A stretch of 64,000 bases of DNA from a virus. A program made the position numbers and the translations under genes. Shown here piece by piece: positions 38,073 to 48,204 of the stretch; within the stretch, counting starts at the first letter, position 1, and every line of letters begins with the position of its first letter. The notes under the pieces are model-generated. The model saw only the letters and a list, made by a program, of their open reading frames with translations. It had not been told where the DNA came from and ran no database searches. The stretch is from positions 13,249 to 77,248 of the IMG/VR virus record IMGVR_UViG_3300032954_000005, one strand, 5' to 3'.

Positions 38073-39659
38073 TCATGGCTGAGTGCATCCTGTCCCATAA
38101 ATATAGTCGAGACAGACGGCTCCGTAATACCAGTCGGCACCAGTACTCCAAGTGTCGTTGCCCCCATTGCCAAGGTGTATTTGATCTGCGGGGCCACCGC
38201 CAGAAATGGTACAGCTAGAAGTAATGTGCAAAAGCAATGGTGGACTAGCGCCGCATCCTGTATAAATATAGATTTCGTGCTGCCCCGCTTGGTGGTATTT
38301 ATTAACAACAAAATACTTAGAGTTTGCCGCCCATAAATTTGTGCCAGTGTACGTAGGAGTACCACCGCACTTGGGTTCCATTTGCCACGGATGTGCTGCG
38401 CCTGCGCCCCAAGCCAGATTGACATAATCAGCGTTCCCTGTGTTATCACCGCCGAAAATAACAAACGAATCTAACCCGCAACTACCACCCGGACAGGCAC
38501 TGGATACTCCGGGTGATGCCGTAGTTTGGATACACGTACTCGCTGTCGTGTCTCCATTTGTAGTATCAAAGTAAAGAGCTAACCCGCCTGCTGTACCACT
38601 AGCATGATCTAGGCCAAGAGTATTGCTTCCAGCGCCGGTTCCAGAATAAAACGGGCAACTACGGGTGGTCGCCAGCGGCTGATATGCAGAAGTATTACAA
38701 GACAATCCAGTGCCAGAACCTGAGAAAACTATTCCCGGAGGATGAGCCAGCTTATCTGCATTGGGCTGGGCCTGATCTCCATAAGTTGATGCTTGCACTG
38801 TTCCTGTAGTAAACGAGGAGCCACACCCGTTCCAGTCAATAATGGCTGAGGCTCCGCAAGTTCCAGCATGGTTCTGCCCATAAGCTGCCATGCCGATGCC
38901 ATAGCTTACCGATGAAGCATCAGTGTATGGGCCAGTCGTAGCTGTTTTTGTGGTCTGAACCCAGTGCTCCGAGTATAGGTTATTGGTGTTGGCGTCTAAA
39001 GTAAAATTTGTTCCTGCTGTGTTTGTGCCGCTCTGAATCTGCCCCGCCGAAATCACAATTTCATTGTTCGCAAATGGAGTATAGCTATTGCCGTTAGCAG
39101 GGTTAGTGGATGTATTGGTTCTCGATTGCATGACGCTGGAATCCAGCGCATAGGTTGATGGCGTTCCCCTGAGTTCTTCGCAATAGATTCCACCATTGGT
39201 TTCGGCAGGTGAGTAGGTCAGCGTAATGGTGGTATCCGAGGCGGCAACATTTTCTTTGTAGTAGGAGCCATAAACATAAGAGTGATCTTGACGGCGCAAG
39301 CGGCTGATTTCTGGCAAATACACGCCGCTATTTACGTTGTCGGCAACCGAAGTAAAGGTTGCGCTGTTGCTGTATTTAATGTCGCAACGGATAACGCTTC
39401 CGGCATTTGGAGTACCAATATCAACCACAACGGTTGTAGAGCTTGACGAGGCATTATCTGTGAAATTGTTAACCCCAACGGTGATCGCGGGATAGCCGGA
39501 TATCGGCAGGGTAGGAGCAGGAAATGAAATTCCAAGCTGCGGGTCTATGCCAACCCTTACCCATTCGTCCGAAATAGGGTCATAGTAAGTCCACGGCTCG
39601 GCACTCGCCGCGGCACAAAGAAGTATCAGTATGATAACAAATAGTACAGCCCGTCTCAT
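38073..39659 (-). CDS. Exported Cys-rich beta-sandwich/lectin-like fibre-locus protein, lower GC
   Basis: MRRAVLFVIILILLCAAASA|EP signal; Thr/Ser/Gly-rich; 14 Cys in the predicted mature part. Confidence 0.7.
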   Translation of the reverse strand: MRRAVLFVIILILLCAAASAEPWTYYDPISDEWVRVGIDPQLGISFPAPTLPISGYPAITVGVNNFTDNASSSSTTVVVDIGTPNAGSVIRCDIKYSNSATFTSVADNVNSGVYLPEISRLRRQDHSYVYGSYYKENVAASDTTITLTYSPAETNGGIYCEELRGTPSTYALDSSVMQSRTNTSTNPANGNSYTPFANNEIVISAGQIQSGTNTAGTNFTLDANTNNLYSEHWVQTTKTATTGPYTDASSVSYGIGMAAYGQNHAGTCGASAIIDWNGCGSSFTTGTVQASTYGDQAQPNADKLAHPPGIVFSGSGTGLSCNTSAYQPLATTRSCPFYSGTGAGSNTLGLDHASGTAGGLALYFDTTNGDTTASTCIQTTASPGVSSACPGGSCGLDSFVIFGGDNTGNADYVNLAWGAGAAHPWQMEPKCGGTPTYTGTNLWAANSKYFVVNKYHQAGQHEIYIYTGCGASPPLLLHITSSCTISGGGPADQIHLGNGGNDTWSTGADWYYGAVCLDYIYGTGCTQP

Positions 39660-41809
39660 CGGAGCACCGCCCAATTCACCACCATAGATGAAGGAGTAAT
39701 AGGCCCACTAGTACTGTTGCACACCTTGAAATTCACGTGGTCAGCAGTTGGATAGGCATAGAGATTGAGTAGCGCTCCGGTTGCGCTCACTCCCCAGCCT
39801 GTGTAGCCTGTTGGGTCGGCGTTCGGCGTGTACTCAATCCTGTCTGTCGTTAGGACTCCCGTAGCCGTTCCACCATCAATGGCACTCGTACAGGTATTGT
39901 TGGTCACCGCGCCCGGGTTGATCGTGGCCGTTCCGCTGGCTATACGTACAGGAGCCGCAACGCATGACCACGTGTGAGTCGAAGTGTTGTAGAGGTCGGC
40001 CCCGCTGGTGCAGATCGGCATGGATACCGCTGTCGGAGCCGCACTGCCTCCAGTTGCGTTTATTACTACCGTGTCAGCAGCTTGGGCGGCTATGTCGGTC
40101 AAGGCAACGGTTGCGCAAGTCGGACGCCCGGAACTGTCAATCGAGCGAGTAAATTGGTTGGTGCAGGTTCCGCCTGGAGTGTTGCCGTTGACCTTTACGA
40201 CTGAAACCGCGTTGCTACCGCTGGTCGTCGCGTCACCGCTTAACTCTGCCCCAGTGAAGGGCGAAGCCCCGCGCAGGATGCCAGTTGGAGCACTCGACGG
40301 AATCTGCGCCTCTTGTGCCGTCGTAGTGATCGTTGAAGCTGCGTCCTGCACCGCAACGTGACGATTCGTAGTGAGTGCGGAGACCGTAAAATCGAAAGAC
40401 TGATTCGCCGCATTTCCAAGGAACAAGTCGCCAAAAGGCAGGGGGGCCGTGCCAAGATTCTTGGCTGCGGCCACCGCCGGGGTTATACTTTCCGTTGCTG
40501 TGATAGTTGTGCCGTTATCGTTGAGGTGGGCTGCACCGAATCCGCCAGAGCCGTCATTGTCCTGCAGGTCGCCAGAACTGCCGCCAGGAGAGCCGCCACC
40601 ACCCCCTGCGTCGCAGCCCGTGCCCCCGCTACCACCGTATAGGTATCCCTTGGAGCCGCATGAAAATAATGCAGTAACGTCAGTGGCCGTAGCGGCAGAC
40701 AGTACTCCCGTCGTGGTGGTGTTTTTAAGTAGGCCCGTGGCCAGCGCGCCTAGGAATTGCGCACCCGATAAGCCGGCGTCTGACGTTCCCTGAACGATGA
40801 AGGCGTTGGCGAAGGGGACGTTCGCAGAGCCGTCCACGCTGTTCCCCGCCAGGCTCCTCGCCGTCGCCCACTTCGCTGCGCTACCCGTCGTATCTTGGTT
40901 CAGCGTGGGAAAGTCGCCGGCGACGGCGATCGAAAGAACGCCTGTCGTCGTTGTGTTCTTCAGAATACCGGTTGAGAGCGCGCCAAGAAACTGAGCGCCG
41001 GATAAGCCAGCATCAACTGTACCCTGAACAACGAACTTATTAGAGAACGCGACGTTCGCAGAGCCGTCCACGCTGTTCCCCGCCAGGCTCCTCGCCGTCG
41101 CCCACTTTGCCGCGGACGTTGCGTTGATCGCGCCCGTTCCGGTCGCGTCTAAGGTTGAGCCGTTGCCAACGTGGAGCGTCTGACCCGCGTTCGTTCCCGA
41201 CGTCACTGTGTTCCACGCGGCCGAACCCGCCGCTCCCGGCCCAACTAAGAGCGGTACGCCACTGTTACAAGAATACAGGTCCCCTGTGGTTGAGTCCGTA
41301 ATCAGCTGGCTACCAAAGCACGACGGCGGTACGCCGGGATATGACAGCGAGCCGCCGGAGCCCTGCGCTAGGGTCTCAGTGGTGGTGACCGTCACCGTGG
41401 GAGCGGTGCCCCCGGAGAACGTAGGCACCAGCTTGAAGTAGTCGTAGACGTTAGAAAACGTCACGGCCTGGTTCCCCGTCGAGGTCGACGTGTAGGTCGC
41501 AGCCACGCTGTCGCACGCGCCGCCCGCGAGGCAGCCCTGGATTGGGATCGACATCGCGGCGGGGGAGCCCGTGATGCTGATCCCGAAGTTTACCACGAGC
41601 GCTCGGATGTTGTTGTTTACGGTGATCGCCGTCCCGCTGACGGTCACCTTCTGCGCTGGGTTAACGCAGCTCGACGGCGTCGCCACGTACGACCCGCCTG
41701 GCGACCCGACTACGTTCAGCACGCAGTCCGTCGGCGCCTGCGCGTAACCATAAGCGCCGAGCCCGCTTAGCAGACCCAACAGCAGTAGGCCCAGCGTTCT
41801 AATTTTCAT
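39656..41809 (-). CDS. Tail-fibre-like protein with signal peptide
   Basis: MKIRTLGLLLLGLLSGLGAYGYA|Q; two SAAKWATARSLAGNSVDGSANV fibre-type repeats; 14 Cys. Confidence 0.78.
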   Translation of the reverse strand: MKIRTLGLLLLGLLSGLGAYGYAQAPTDCVLNVVGSPGGSYVATPSSCVNPAQKVTVSGTAITVNNNIRALVVNFGISITGSPAAMSIPIQGCLAGGACDSVAATYTSTSTGNQAVTFSNVYDYFKLVPTFSGGTAPTVTVTTTETLAQGSGGSLSYPGVPPSCFGSQLITDSTTGDLYSCNSGVPLLVGPGAAGSAAWNTVTSGTNAGQTLHVGNGSTLDATGTGAINATSAAKWATARSLAGNSVDGSANVAFSNKFVVQGTVDAGLSGAQFLGALSTGILKNTTTTGVLSIAVAGDFPTLNQDTTGSAAKWATARSLAGNSVDGSANVPFANAFIVQGTSDAGLSGAQFLGALATGLLKNTTTTGVLSAATATDVTALFSCGSKGYLYGGSGGTGCDAGGGGGSPGGSSGDLQDNDGSGGFGAAHLNDNGTTITATESITPAVAAAKNLGTAPLPFGDLFLGNAANQSFDFTVSALTTNRHVAVQDAASTITTTAQEAQIPSSAPTGILRGASPFTGAELSGDATTSGSNAVSVVKVNGNTPGGTCTNQFTRSIDSSGRPTCATVALTDIAAQAADTVVINATGGSAAPTAVSMPICTSGADLYNTSTHTWSCVAAPVRIASGTATINPGAVTNNTCTSAIDGGTATGVLTTDRIEYTPNADPTGYTGWGVSATGALLNLYAYPTADHVNFKVCNSTSGPITPSSMVVNWAVLR

Positions 41810-42432
41810 CGCGTTTCCTTTCCTGCCGGGACTCCCGGCAACTTAAATTTCGTCGCTTCGCCAACAATTGAGCCAAAGGCGTGCGCTGCCCCCGCCTGGT
41901 AGTACACCGTGATCGAGACGTAGTCGAGGCCCGCCGTCTCCGAGGCGTCGCTGTTCTGGTTGTGCACCGCGATCGTTAGGCCGAACGAGCTGTCGTCGAC
42001 CGTCGCCCCCATCGGCGAGCTGACGCCCCAGACGTCGGTCGGCGAGCCGTAGGTGGCGGTCGACGGCCCGGGCAGCCAAAGTCCCAGCGCCGCCTTGTTG
42101 TTTCCGATGGCGACGCCCCCGGACTGAAGCTGAACAGTGTAGTCGCTCAGGTCCCCGAAGCCCGTAAGGTCCGAGCGGTAAACCGTCACCACAATTCCCT
42201 GGATTAGAGCCCCCGCGGGGACGGTAAACCCGAAGCCCTTCGTGACGTTGTTCGCCGAGTTCGAGCTGGGCAGGATCGACTTCGATGCATACTGGCCGTC
42301 CCGCACGAAGATGTACGTCGGGTTCGCCCACCCGCCCGCGGTCACCGTCGGCCCATTCGGGCCCTGGGAGAGTTGCCCCAGAGCCGCTGCGGCGCTAATC
42401 GTTAGAAAAAGTAACGCGCGTATCAGCTTCAT
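41806..42432 (-). CDS. Exported beta-sandwich fibre-locus protein
   Basis: MKLIRALLFLTISAAAALG|Q; FGFTVPAGALIQGIVV...YGSPTDVWG...DYVSITVYY. Confidence 0.7.
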   Translation of the reverse strand: MKLIRALLFLTISAAAALGQLSQGPNGPTVTAGGWANPTYIFVRDGQYASKSILPSSNSANNVTKGFGFTVPAGALIQGIVVTVYRSDLTGFGDLSDYTVQLQSGGVAIGNNKAALGLWLPGPSTATYGSPTDVWGVSSPMGATVDDSSFGLTIAVHNQNSDASETAGLDYVSITVYYQAGAAHAFGSIVGEATKFKLPGVPAGKETR

Positions 42433-43118
42433 GGAACCGAGCACCTCAGGGCCATCGTGGCGTGCTGTAACGTGGTCGCGGAGAGGACATAAAACGAGAT
42501 CAGCGTGTTCTGAGCGACGCTCGTCGACCAGCCCTCCGCCGCGATATTAAAGTCCTGCGACTTGTAGGCCGATGAGATCACGGGATAGTGCCCGTTTACG
42601 ATGCTCCCCGACGTGGGAAACAACGAGTAGCTGGTCGCCTGTACGTCCAGCGCGATCGAACCCGAAAGGTCGATCGAAAGAAGCGTCCAGCCCTGAAGGG
42701 TACAGGCGAAGGGCACCTCGAGCGTTCCCTTCCAGCCCGTAGTGATTGGTGACCCCCCGCCGTCGAGCACCATCGTTATGTCCTTGTACGTCGTGATGGG
42801 AACGATCTGCGCGCTCCCGTTCGTGCCCAGCTGAACGGAGCTCACGCCCGCGCCCGAGGAAATCAGCACGGGCGAGGTCACGGACGTGGCGGCGGAGACC
42901 GTCCCGGCGCTCAACGCGGTGATCGTCGCGGCGGGGGTCGTAACCGACGTGTTCGCGCTGAGCGTCGTCACCGTCGCCGCCGCGGGGGTGGTGCCCCCGA
43001 TCACGGTGCTGTCGATCAGCGAGTTAAAGAGGTGCACGGCGTTCATGTTTGAGTAGCTGAGCGCTGCCACGCCGATCGCGCAAAGTAGCGCCAGGGCTAA
43101 CCAGTAATATCTTTTCAT
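42429..43118 (-). CDS. Exported fibre-like protein
   Basis: MKRYYWLALALLCAIGVAALS signal; IDSTVIGGTTPAAATVTTL fibre-like repeat; C-terminal beta domain. Confidence 0.7.
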   Translation of the reverse strand: MKRYYWLALALLCAIGVAALSYSNMNAVHLFNSLIDSTVIGGTTPAAATVTTLSANTSVTTPAATITALSAGTVSAATSVTSPVLISSGAGVSSVQLGTNGSAQIVPITTYKDITMVLDGGGSPITTGWKGTLEVPFACTLQGWTLLSIDLSGSIALDVQATSYSLFPTSGSIVNGHYPVISSAYKSQDFNIAAEGWSTSVAQNTLISFYVLSATTLQHATMALRCSVP

Positions 43119-43120
43119 TA

Positions 43121-43696
43121 TTAAGCTCCCATCATTGGGCCCACCGCGCGGAGGTTGTTGTCTGGGCAAACCCTGAACCTTTGGATTCCGTACTGGTTCG
43201 CCGTGGGCCAAACTGAGCCCCCGCCCAGCACGTTCGCGGGCCACGCGACCGTGCGCCCGCCCACGCCGTCCTGCTGAAATTGAAACTCGATCGGGAGTCC
43301 AGGGGTCGCGTGGATCACCGTGGGTGCGGTGACGTTCCCCGTCAGCAGCATGTAGAAGTTCCAGCCCAGCGAGCAGTCGAACACCGGGTTGGCGCTGTAG
43401 GGGACGACGATGATCCCCGTGATCAACGGAAGCGTCGAGTCCAGCAGCACCTGAAGGGTCGCCGCCAGGGTCGCGGTGCTGGCGTCAGAGGTAGAGTAGC
43501 CGTTGATCGCGAGCATCTGCCCCAGCGCCGCGCACATCACCGACCACTGGCGAAACATTTTGTTCATGCGCGCGGAGGGCATAATGTCGTCCACGGCGAT
43601 CCCGTTTAGGCGCTGGGTGTCAGTAAGGTACGTCGAGTCGGACTCCTGGTTCGCCTCAGTCGGGTTCCACTCCAAAAAGTTTGTGCTTGACGGCAT
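43121..43696 (-). CDS. Short tail-fibre anchor/adaptor without signal peptide
   Basis: SARMNKMFRQWSVMCAALGQ resembles the baseplate-attachment domain of myophage fibres; only 191 aa; directly after the wedge gene. Confidence 0.7.
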   Translation of the reverse strand: MPSSTNFLEWNPTEANQESDSTYLTDTQRLNGIAVDDIMPSARMNKMFRQWSVMCAALGQMLAINGYSTSDASTATLAATLQVLLDSTLPLITGIIVVPYSANPVFDCSLGWNFYMLLTGNVTAPTVIHATPGLPIEFQFQQDGVGGRTVAWPANVLGGGSVWPTANQYGIQRFRVCPDNNLRAVGPMMGA

Positions 43697-43708
43697 TTAG
43701 TTCGTCCT

Positions 43709-44347
43709 TTAGGCCGCGTGCCCCAGGTCGGCGCCCGCGATAAACGAGTTGCTTAGGTCCGCGCCAAAGATCGGCGTCTCACTGAAGATATAGTTGATCA
43801 GCACCCCCTCGGGGCGCGGCACGATCAGGTCGTGAGTGATTATCTCCTCGATGATCGACGTGAACGAGCCGGTGAGGATGACGTTGAACGTCATGTCCTG
43901 GTTGTCCTGCACCACCAGCCGCCCGTTAGGAAATAGGCCCAGCCAGAGTTGCTGTAGGCCGTCGATCGTGCCGTTCCACGTGTTCCGCCCGATCTGCGCC
44001 TGGAGCAGGATCCGGTAGGTCGCGTCGTCGAGGATCGGGGACCCCGACGTCGGCTGAAACGGAAGCGTTCGGCTTACCCCCACGATCTCGCCGAGAACGT
44101 CGAGCTGCGCCCCCACCGCAGTCGCCAGGTCAAACGCGTTGAAAAAGCTGTACAGGCAGTTGGTGATGTCGTCCAAAAACTGAAGCGCCGCCGCGGCCCA
44201 CGCTAAGAGCTTCTGGGACTGCTGGTACTGCGACGTAAAACGCGCCAGGTAGTACGAGACAGGCTCGGAAAAGGTCGGTTCCCCCCCGCCCCCGTACGGC
44301 CCCACGCCGTAGCCCCCCGCACCGTAGCCGATGAAGGTTGGTGGCAT
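43709..44347 (-). CDS. Baseplate wedge protein (DUF2612-like)
   Basis: FDLATAVGAQLDVLGEIVG...LDDATYR...WNGT...QDNQDMT...PRPEGV. Confidence 0.88.
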   Translation of the reverse strand: MPPTFIGYGAGGYGVGPYGGGGEPTFSEPVSYYLARFTSQYQQSQKLLAWAAAALQFLDDITNCLYSFFNAFDLATAVGAQLDVLGEIVGVSRTLPFQPTSGSPILDDATYRILLQAQIGRNTWNGTIDGLQQLWLGLFPNGRLVVQDNQDMTFNVILTGSFTSIIEEIITHDLIVPRPEGVLINYIFSETPIFGADLSNSFIAGADLGHAA

Positions 44348-45771
44348 TAGACCAGATTCACCGTAACGTTTCCCGTCACGCCCTGTGTTACCTCGTTAAA
44401 GTTCACCCCGACGTCCAACGTCTGCGCCGCACCGCTCGCCGTGATGTTTACGGTGGCGCCCGTTCCCACTCCCGCCCCGGTTTCAAGAAGCGCCACACCC
44501 GTCGCCGTCACGTAGTCCGTACCCGTTTGGATCAGTGAGATGCCCGTGATGTTTCCGCTTCCCCCCACCGAGGTCACCTTGACCTGGGCCGCGTTGCTGG
44601 AGTTATTTTGGTTAACGATCAGGACGTCGTTGACCGCGTAGCCCGTGCCCGCCGCGTTGATCGTCGCCGTCTGCAGGAGCCCGGAGTGTGCCAACGTCAG
44701 CGAACGAATGGAGAAGGTAGGTGCCTCAAGGCTCCCAGCCTGCGCCATCACGTAGGCGCTCAGCGCGCTCAGCGTCAGCGGCTCCCCGATCTGTAGCGAG
44801 TTAAGGTAGCCGACGATCGCCGCCTGAACCGCCGCCTGGGTGGCGCTGTTGTTGCCGCTGATGATGTGGACTTGCGCCACGACCACGATCGCAACATACG
44901 TCGGGCGGTCGAAGCGGATGGTCGTCACGAAGCCCGTGTATGGGTCGGTGATCGCCACCGAGGAGGCGCCGTTGGTGTAGCACCCGGGGGTCTTATTGTT
45001 GTAGATCGTCTGCGCGACGTTCTGGTCGGTGTCCCCTTCGACCACCGCGGTTATGGAGTGGGGCGGATTCCCGTAGATGTCGGTGGCGCCCGTCGGGTTC
45101 TCCGCCACCGTCGCGCGCGTCACGTTAGGCAGCGCCTTAAGCCCGGCCAACGTCCCGTCCACGCGCGTCTGCGAGGGAAGCGCCACGCTCAGGTAAAACC
45201 GCGCCCGGAGCTGCGCGTCCGTCTCGATGGGTTGCCCAATCGCCGCCGCGCCCGCGTTGTTGACCGTGCTCCAGCCCGCGGTGGGATTGTTGATGATACT
45301 GATGGTGCTCGGCGCAGCGGAGACCGCGCCCAACGTCTCGCACGTCGCGGTCACGTCGATCGTGCCGCTCATGGGGATGGTCACCGTTGAGGGAAGGTCC
45401 CAGAGAAACCCGTTCACGTCGCGCGCCACGCCGTTCGCAATCACGGTATTCGCCGTCCCGGTGATGGTCAAGGTCACGGAGCTCGCGGTCGCCTGCTTGC
45501 GCGCGATCCCAGACAGCTTCACGATCCCGTCGAGCCCCGCTCCCACCGCGGTCGCCGGGCTGCGGTTGAGGTAGACCAGCTGAAGCCCCTGAAGCGTGTC
45601 ATTGATCTTCAGGCAGACGGTGGAGATCCACTGGTACTCTGCCGCGTCGTTCCCCACGTACGCACCCGGTCCGTAGATGCTCTGAAACGAGTTCAAAAGA
45701 GAGTTGAGAATGTCGAGGTACTGCGAGATCGTGAGTCCCGCGGCGCCGATCGTCGGCGGCGTGTACGCCAT
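44347..45771 (-). CDS. Baseplate J-like protein
   Basis: SPATAVGAGLD...ETDAQLRAR...PPHSI..VVEG. Confidence 0.92.
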   Translation of the reverse strand: MAYTPPTIGAAGLTISQYLDILNSLLNSFQSIYGPGAYVGNDAAEYQWISTVCLKINDTLQGLQLVYLNRSPATAVGAGLDGIVKLSGIARKQATASSVTLTITGTANTVIANGVARDVNGFLWDLPSTVTIPMSGTIDVTATCETLGAVSAAPSTISIINNPTAGWSTVNNAGAAAIGQPIETDAQLRARFYLSVALPSQTRVDGTLAGLKALPNVTRATVAENPTGATDIYGNPPHSITAVVEGDTDQNVAQTIYNNKTPGCYTNGASSVAITDPYTGFVTTIRFDRPTYVAIVVVAQVHIISGNNSATQAAVQAAIVGYLNSLQIGEPLTLSALSAYVMAQAGSLEAPTFSIRSLTLAHSGLLQTATINAAGTGYAVNDVLIVNQNNSSNAAQVKVTSVGGSGNITGISLIQTGTDYVTATGVALLETGAGVGTGATVNITASGAAQTLDVGVNFNEVTQGVTGNVTVNLV

Positions 45772-46172
45772 TAAAAGCTCCCCGCGCTGGGCGGCTGCGG
45801 CATGTTGGTCACGACCACCGCGCCGAACTGCGTTTGAACCACGGCATAAAAGTCGAAGGTAAGTGTCGCACGGTTAAAGCTCGCGTAGAGGGACTGAATC
45901 CCGTTAGGAAGCACGTAGGGCGTACCCAGGATGCGCTGCTGGATCAGCAGCGTAATCTTCTGCTGGTTCGCCGGGCTCGCGCTCGCGCCTAAAATCTGCT
46001 GCCACAGCGGAAGCCCGTCGAGCGTGTTCTCCCACCACTCCCCCACGAAGAGCAGCAGCCGCGTCTGAATTGCCTGCGCCACCGCGTCCACGTCCGTCAG
46101 GTAGTTCGCCCGCCCCTGCCCGTAGATGGGGTCGTGGTTCGCGTCCAGCTTCCGATAAAGGATGGTCGCCAT
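45771..46172 (-). CDS. Baseplate gp25-like/sheath initiator
   Basis: YRKLD...AVAQAIQTRL.LFVGEWW...G. Confidence 0.8.
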   Translation of the reverse strand: MATILYRKLDANHDPIYGQGRANYLTDVDAVAQAIQTRLLLFVGEWWENTLDGLPLWQQILGASASPANQQKITLLIQQRILGTPYVLPNGIQSLYASFNRATLTFDFYAVVQTQFGAVVVTNMPQPPSAGSF

Positions 46173-46874
46173 TTAGACCACGCCTCCCGTGTCGCCGCTT
46201 CCCGGCTGGACGCCGCTGTGCTTGTGGCTCAAAAAAACCTTGCCGTCGATCGTCGTGTTGTCGCCGATGGAAACGGCGGAGTTCCCGATGGTCACCTGAT
46301 CGCTTCCCGTGATGTTAACGGTCTGCGCCGTGACGTTGATCGTTCCCGTCTCGACCTCCAGGTTGAGCTCCTGGTCAGCGTAGTCGAGCGTGATGACCAC
46401 CTTCCCGTCGTCGCTGCGCAGCTGACAGTTGTCTGGATCATAGTTCTGAATTACATTGGGCTTTGACCAGCAGCCTAGGATCGCAAAGGGGTCCGACAGG
46501 CTGTGCCGGCGTGGCACCAGCGGGTCCTGAACTTCCCCGGACTGCCACCACGTGTCGATGCACGCGTCGGCGAAGACCAGCAGGCACTCGTCCCCCGGCT
46601 GGACCGGGATGGTCAGCGAAAATCCACCGCCGCGCGGGAGCACCACGGGGACGTCGGCCAGGTCGGGTATCTCCTCCGTCACCAGCTCCTGGTTTTGAAT
46701 CGTCACCTCGCGCAGCGCCACGCTCACCACGGCCAGCTGCGTGTCAGCGTCAAAGCTCCGAACGATGCCCGGCACCGCCACGCGCAGCGCGCAGCTAAGC
46801 TGCCAGAGCGGCAGCCGGTACTTGTTGACGTCGATTCCCAGCCGGGTCGGAAAGTTTACCTGCGGCGTCGACAT
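46173..46874 (-). CDS. Baseplate central spike (Gp138-like)
   Basis: PGIVRSFD...DVPV..PRGGG...GDECLLVFAD..ID.WW...R.HSLSD; C-terminal HKHSGV metal-binding tip. Confidence 0.88.
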   Translation of the reverse strand: MSTPQVNFPTRLGIDVNKYRLPLWQLSCALRVAVPGIVRSFDADTQLAVVSVALREVTIQNQELVTEEIPDLADVPVVLPRGGGFSLTIPVQPGDECLLVFADACIDTWWQSGEVQDPLVPRRHSLSDPFAILGCWSKPNVIQNYDPDNCQLRSDDGKVVITLDYADQELNLEVETGTINVTAQTVNITGSDQVTIGNSAVSIGDNTTIDGKVFLSHKHSGVQPGSGDTGGVV

Positions 46875-47854
46875 TACTGCCCCCAGCCTAAGAGCAGCAG
46901 CGCTGCGTTCGTCACCCCGTGCACCTCGCTGTACCACTGCGGGCCGCGGGTGTCCCCCACGTGGCGCACCGCCGCTACCTTGTAGATGCCGTCCTGGTCG
47001 AGGATGCTGACCCTCTGCCCGATTTGCGCTTTGATAAATCTGATCACGCTGTTGTCAATCTTCGCCTGCTGCGGTGGGTACTGCACTTTAAGCCTAGGAT
47101 CTAAAAGCACGCGAAAGCTAAGGCCGTCCTGCGTCTGCTGAGGGACGCCGACGATCGACCCGGGGGCCGACGCCACCTGCCCGCTTAGGCTGGGCGGGGA
47201 GTACGTAAAAATTTCCCCGCTCGTCGCGCTGTCGCTCAGGTCGCTCAGGACGAGGCCGTCGTCATCCACGTAGTAGGCGTACTGGTTGTCGGCCGCGACC
47301 CACGCCAGGAACTCGTCGGGAGTCCCAAAGATGGTCTGCGCCCGTGGAAACTGCGTCGGCTTAATTCCCTTGGGAATCGTCACGTTGCCCAGCGGGTTAA
47401 GCGCCTCCTCCACGATGCGCCTCACCAGCTGCGCCTGCGTCGCGTAGGCCGACTGCGCGAAGCTGACGAAGTTGTTGCCCAGCTTGTCGGGACCAATGAC
47501 GCAGTGAAGGGTCATCTTAAAGTCCACCACGTTGTCCCGTTCCCAGAACGGCTGAAACAGCTTGCCCTTGAAGATCTGTCCGTAGTTGCCGTTTTCGTAC
47601 CCCGCGCTGACGGTCACCGTCATGCCCTTTTGTAGCAGCGTTTCAGTGGTCTTCGTGTTCAGGTTGTAGAGCACGATGTCCCCGTACCAGAACTGCACGT
47701 AGCCGGGCTGCAGGATGTCGAACGTCGCGCGCAGGTTCGACGTTTCGTTGATGGGCGGGTCAAAGATCGCATTCCCGTCCGCGTCGAGCACCTGGATCTC
47801 CCACCGGCGCAGGTACCCTGTGGCGCCCGTCGGCTGCTGCGCGGTCGCGCTCAC
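46874..47854 (-). CDS. Baseplate hub protein
   Basis: LYNL...AGY...G.IF.G...DGIYKV..V.H.GDTRG..WY. Confidence 0.82.
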   Translation of the reverse strand: MSATAQQPTGATGYLRRWEIQVLDADGNAIFDPPINETSNLRATFDILQPGYVQFWYGDIVLYNLNTKTTETLLQKGMTVTVSAGYENGNYGQIFKGKLFQPFWERDNVVDFKMTLHCVIGPDKLGNNFVSFAQSAYATQAQLVRRIVEEALNPLGNVTIPKGIKPTQFPRAQTIFGTPDEFLAWVAADNQYAYYVDDDGLVLSDLSDSATSGEIFTYSPPSLSGQVASAPGSIVGVPQQTQDGLSFRVLLDPRLKVQYPPQQAKIDNSVIRFIKAQIGQRVSILDQDGIYKVAAVRHVGDTRGPQWYSEVHGVTNAALLLLGWGQ

Positions 47855-48204
47855 GGCGTGGGCTGGTCCCCCCACACCAGCACGTAGCCGTCGCCCAGGT
47901 TGGTGTTGTCAGGAGAGTCGAACGCCGAGGAGGTGTCGTTCCCCGTGTTGATCACGTACGCGCTCCCGATGCCTAGGTAGCCGTACTGCCCCAGGATGTT
48001 TGCCGCCGGCCACACGCCCGTCAGCAGCGGCACGCTGTCCAGCAGCAGATTACCACTCGCGTCGCTGATCGACAGCACCCAGTAGTCAGCCATCTCGCTG
48101 TAGCGCAGCGCGCAGTTCAGCGTTACGGTTTTCCCGTTGACGTCGACCGTCACCCGAAAGTTCTGGTTCGGCGCGTTGGTCAGCGGCACAACCTGGTTGC
48201 TCAC
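47851..48204 (-). CDS. Baseplate/virion structural protein
   Basis: PNQ.F...L.Y...W.L.I.D..G..L...PL; synteny. Confidence 0.75.
   Translation of the reverse strand: MSNQVVPLTNAPNQNFRVTVDVNGKTVTLNCALRYSEMADYWVLSISDASGNLLLDSVPLLTGVWPAANILGQYGYLGIGSAYVINTGNDTSSAFDSPDNTNLGDGYVLVWGDQPTP

Noticed and set aside
40690-41110. Internal fibre duplication as a diversity-generating retroelement TR/VR pair
   Set aside because: No reverse transcriptase in the window; both copies are in-frame coding repeats and the differences are not adenine-specific.
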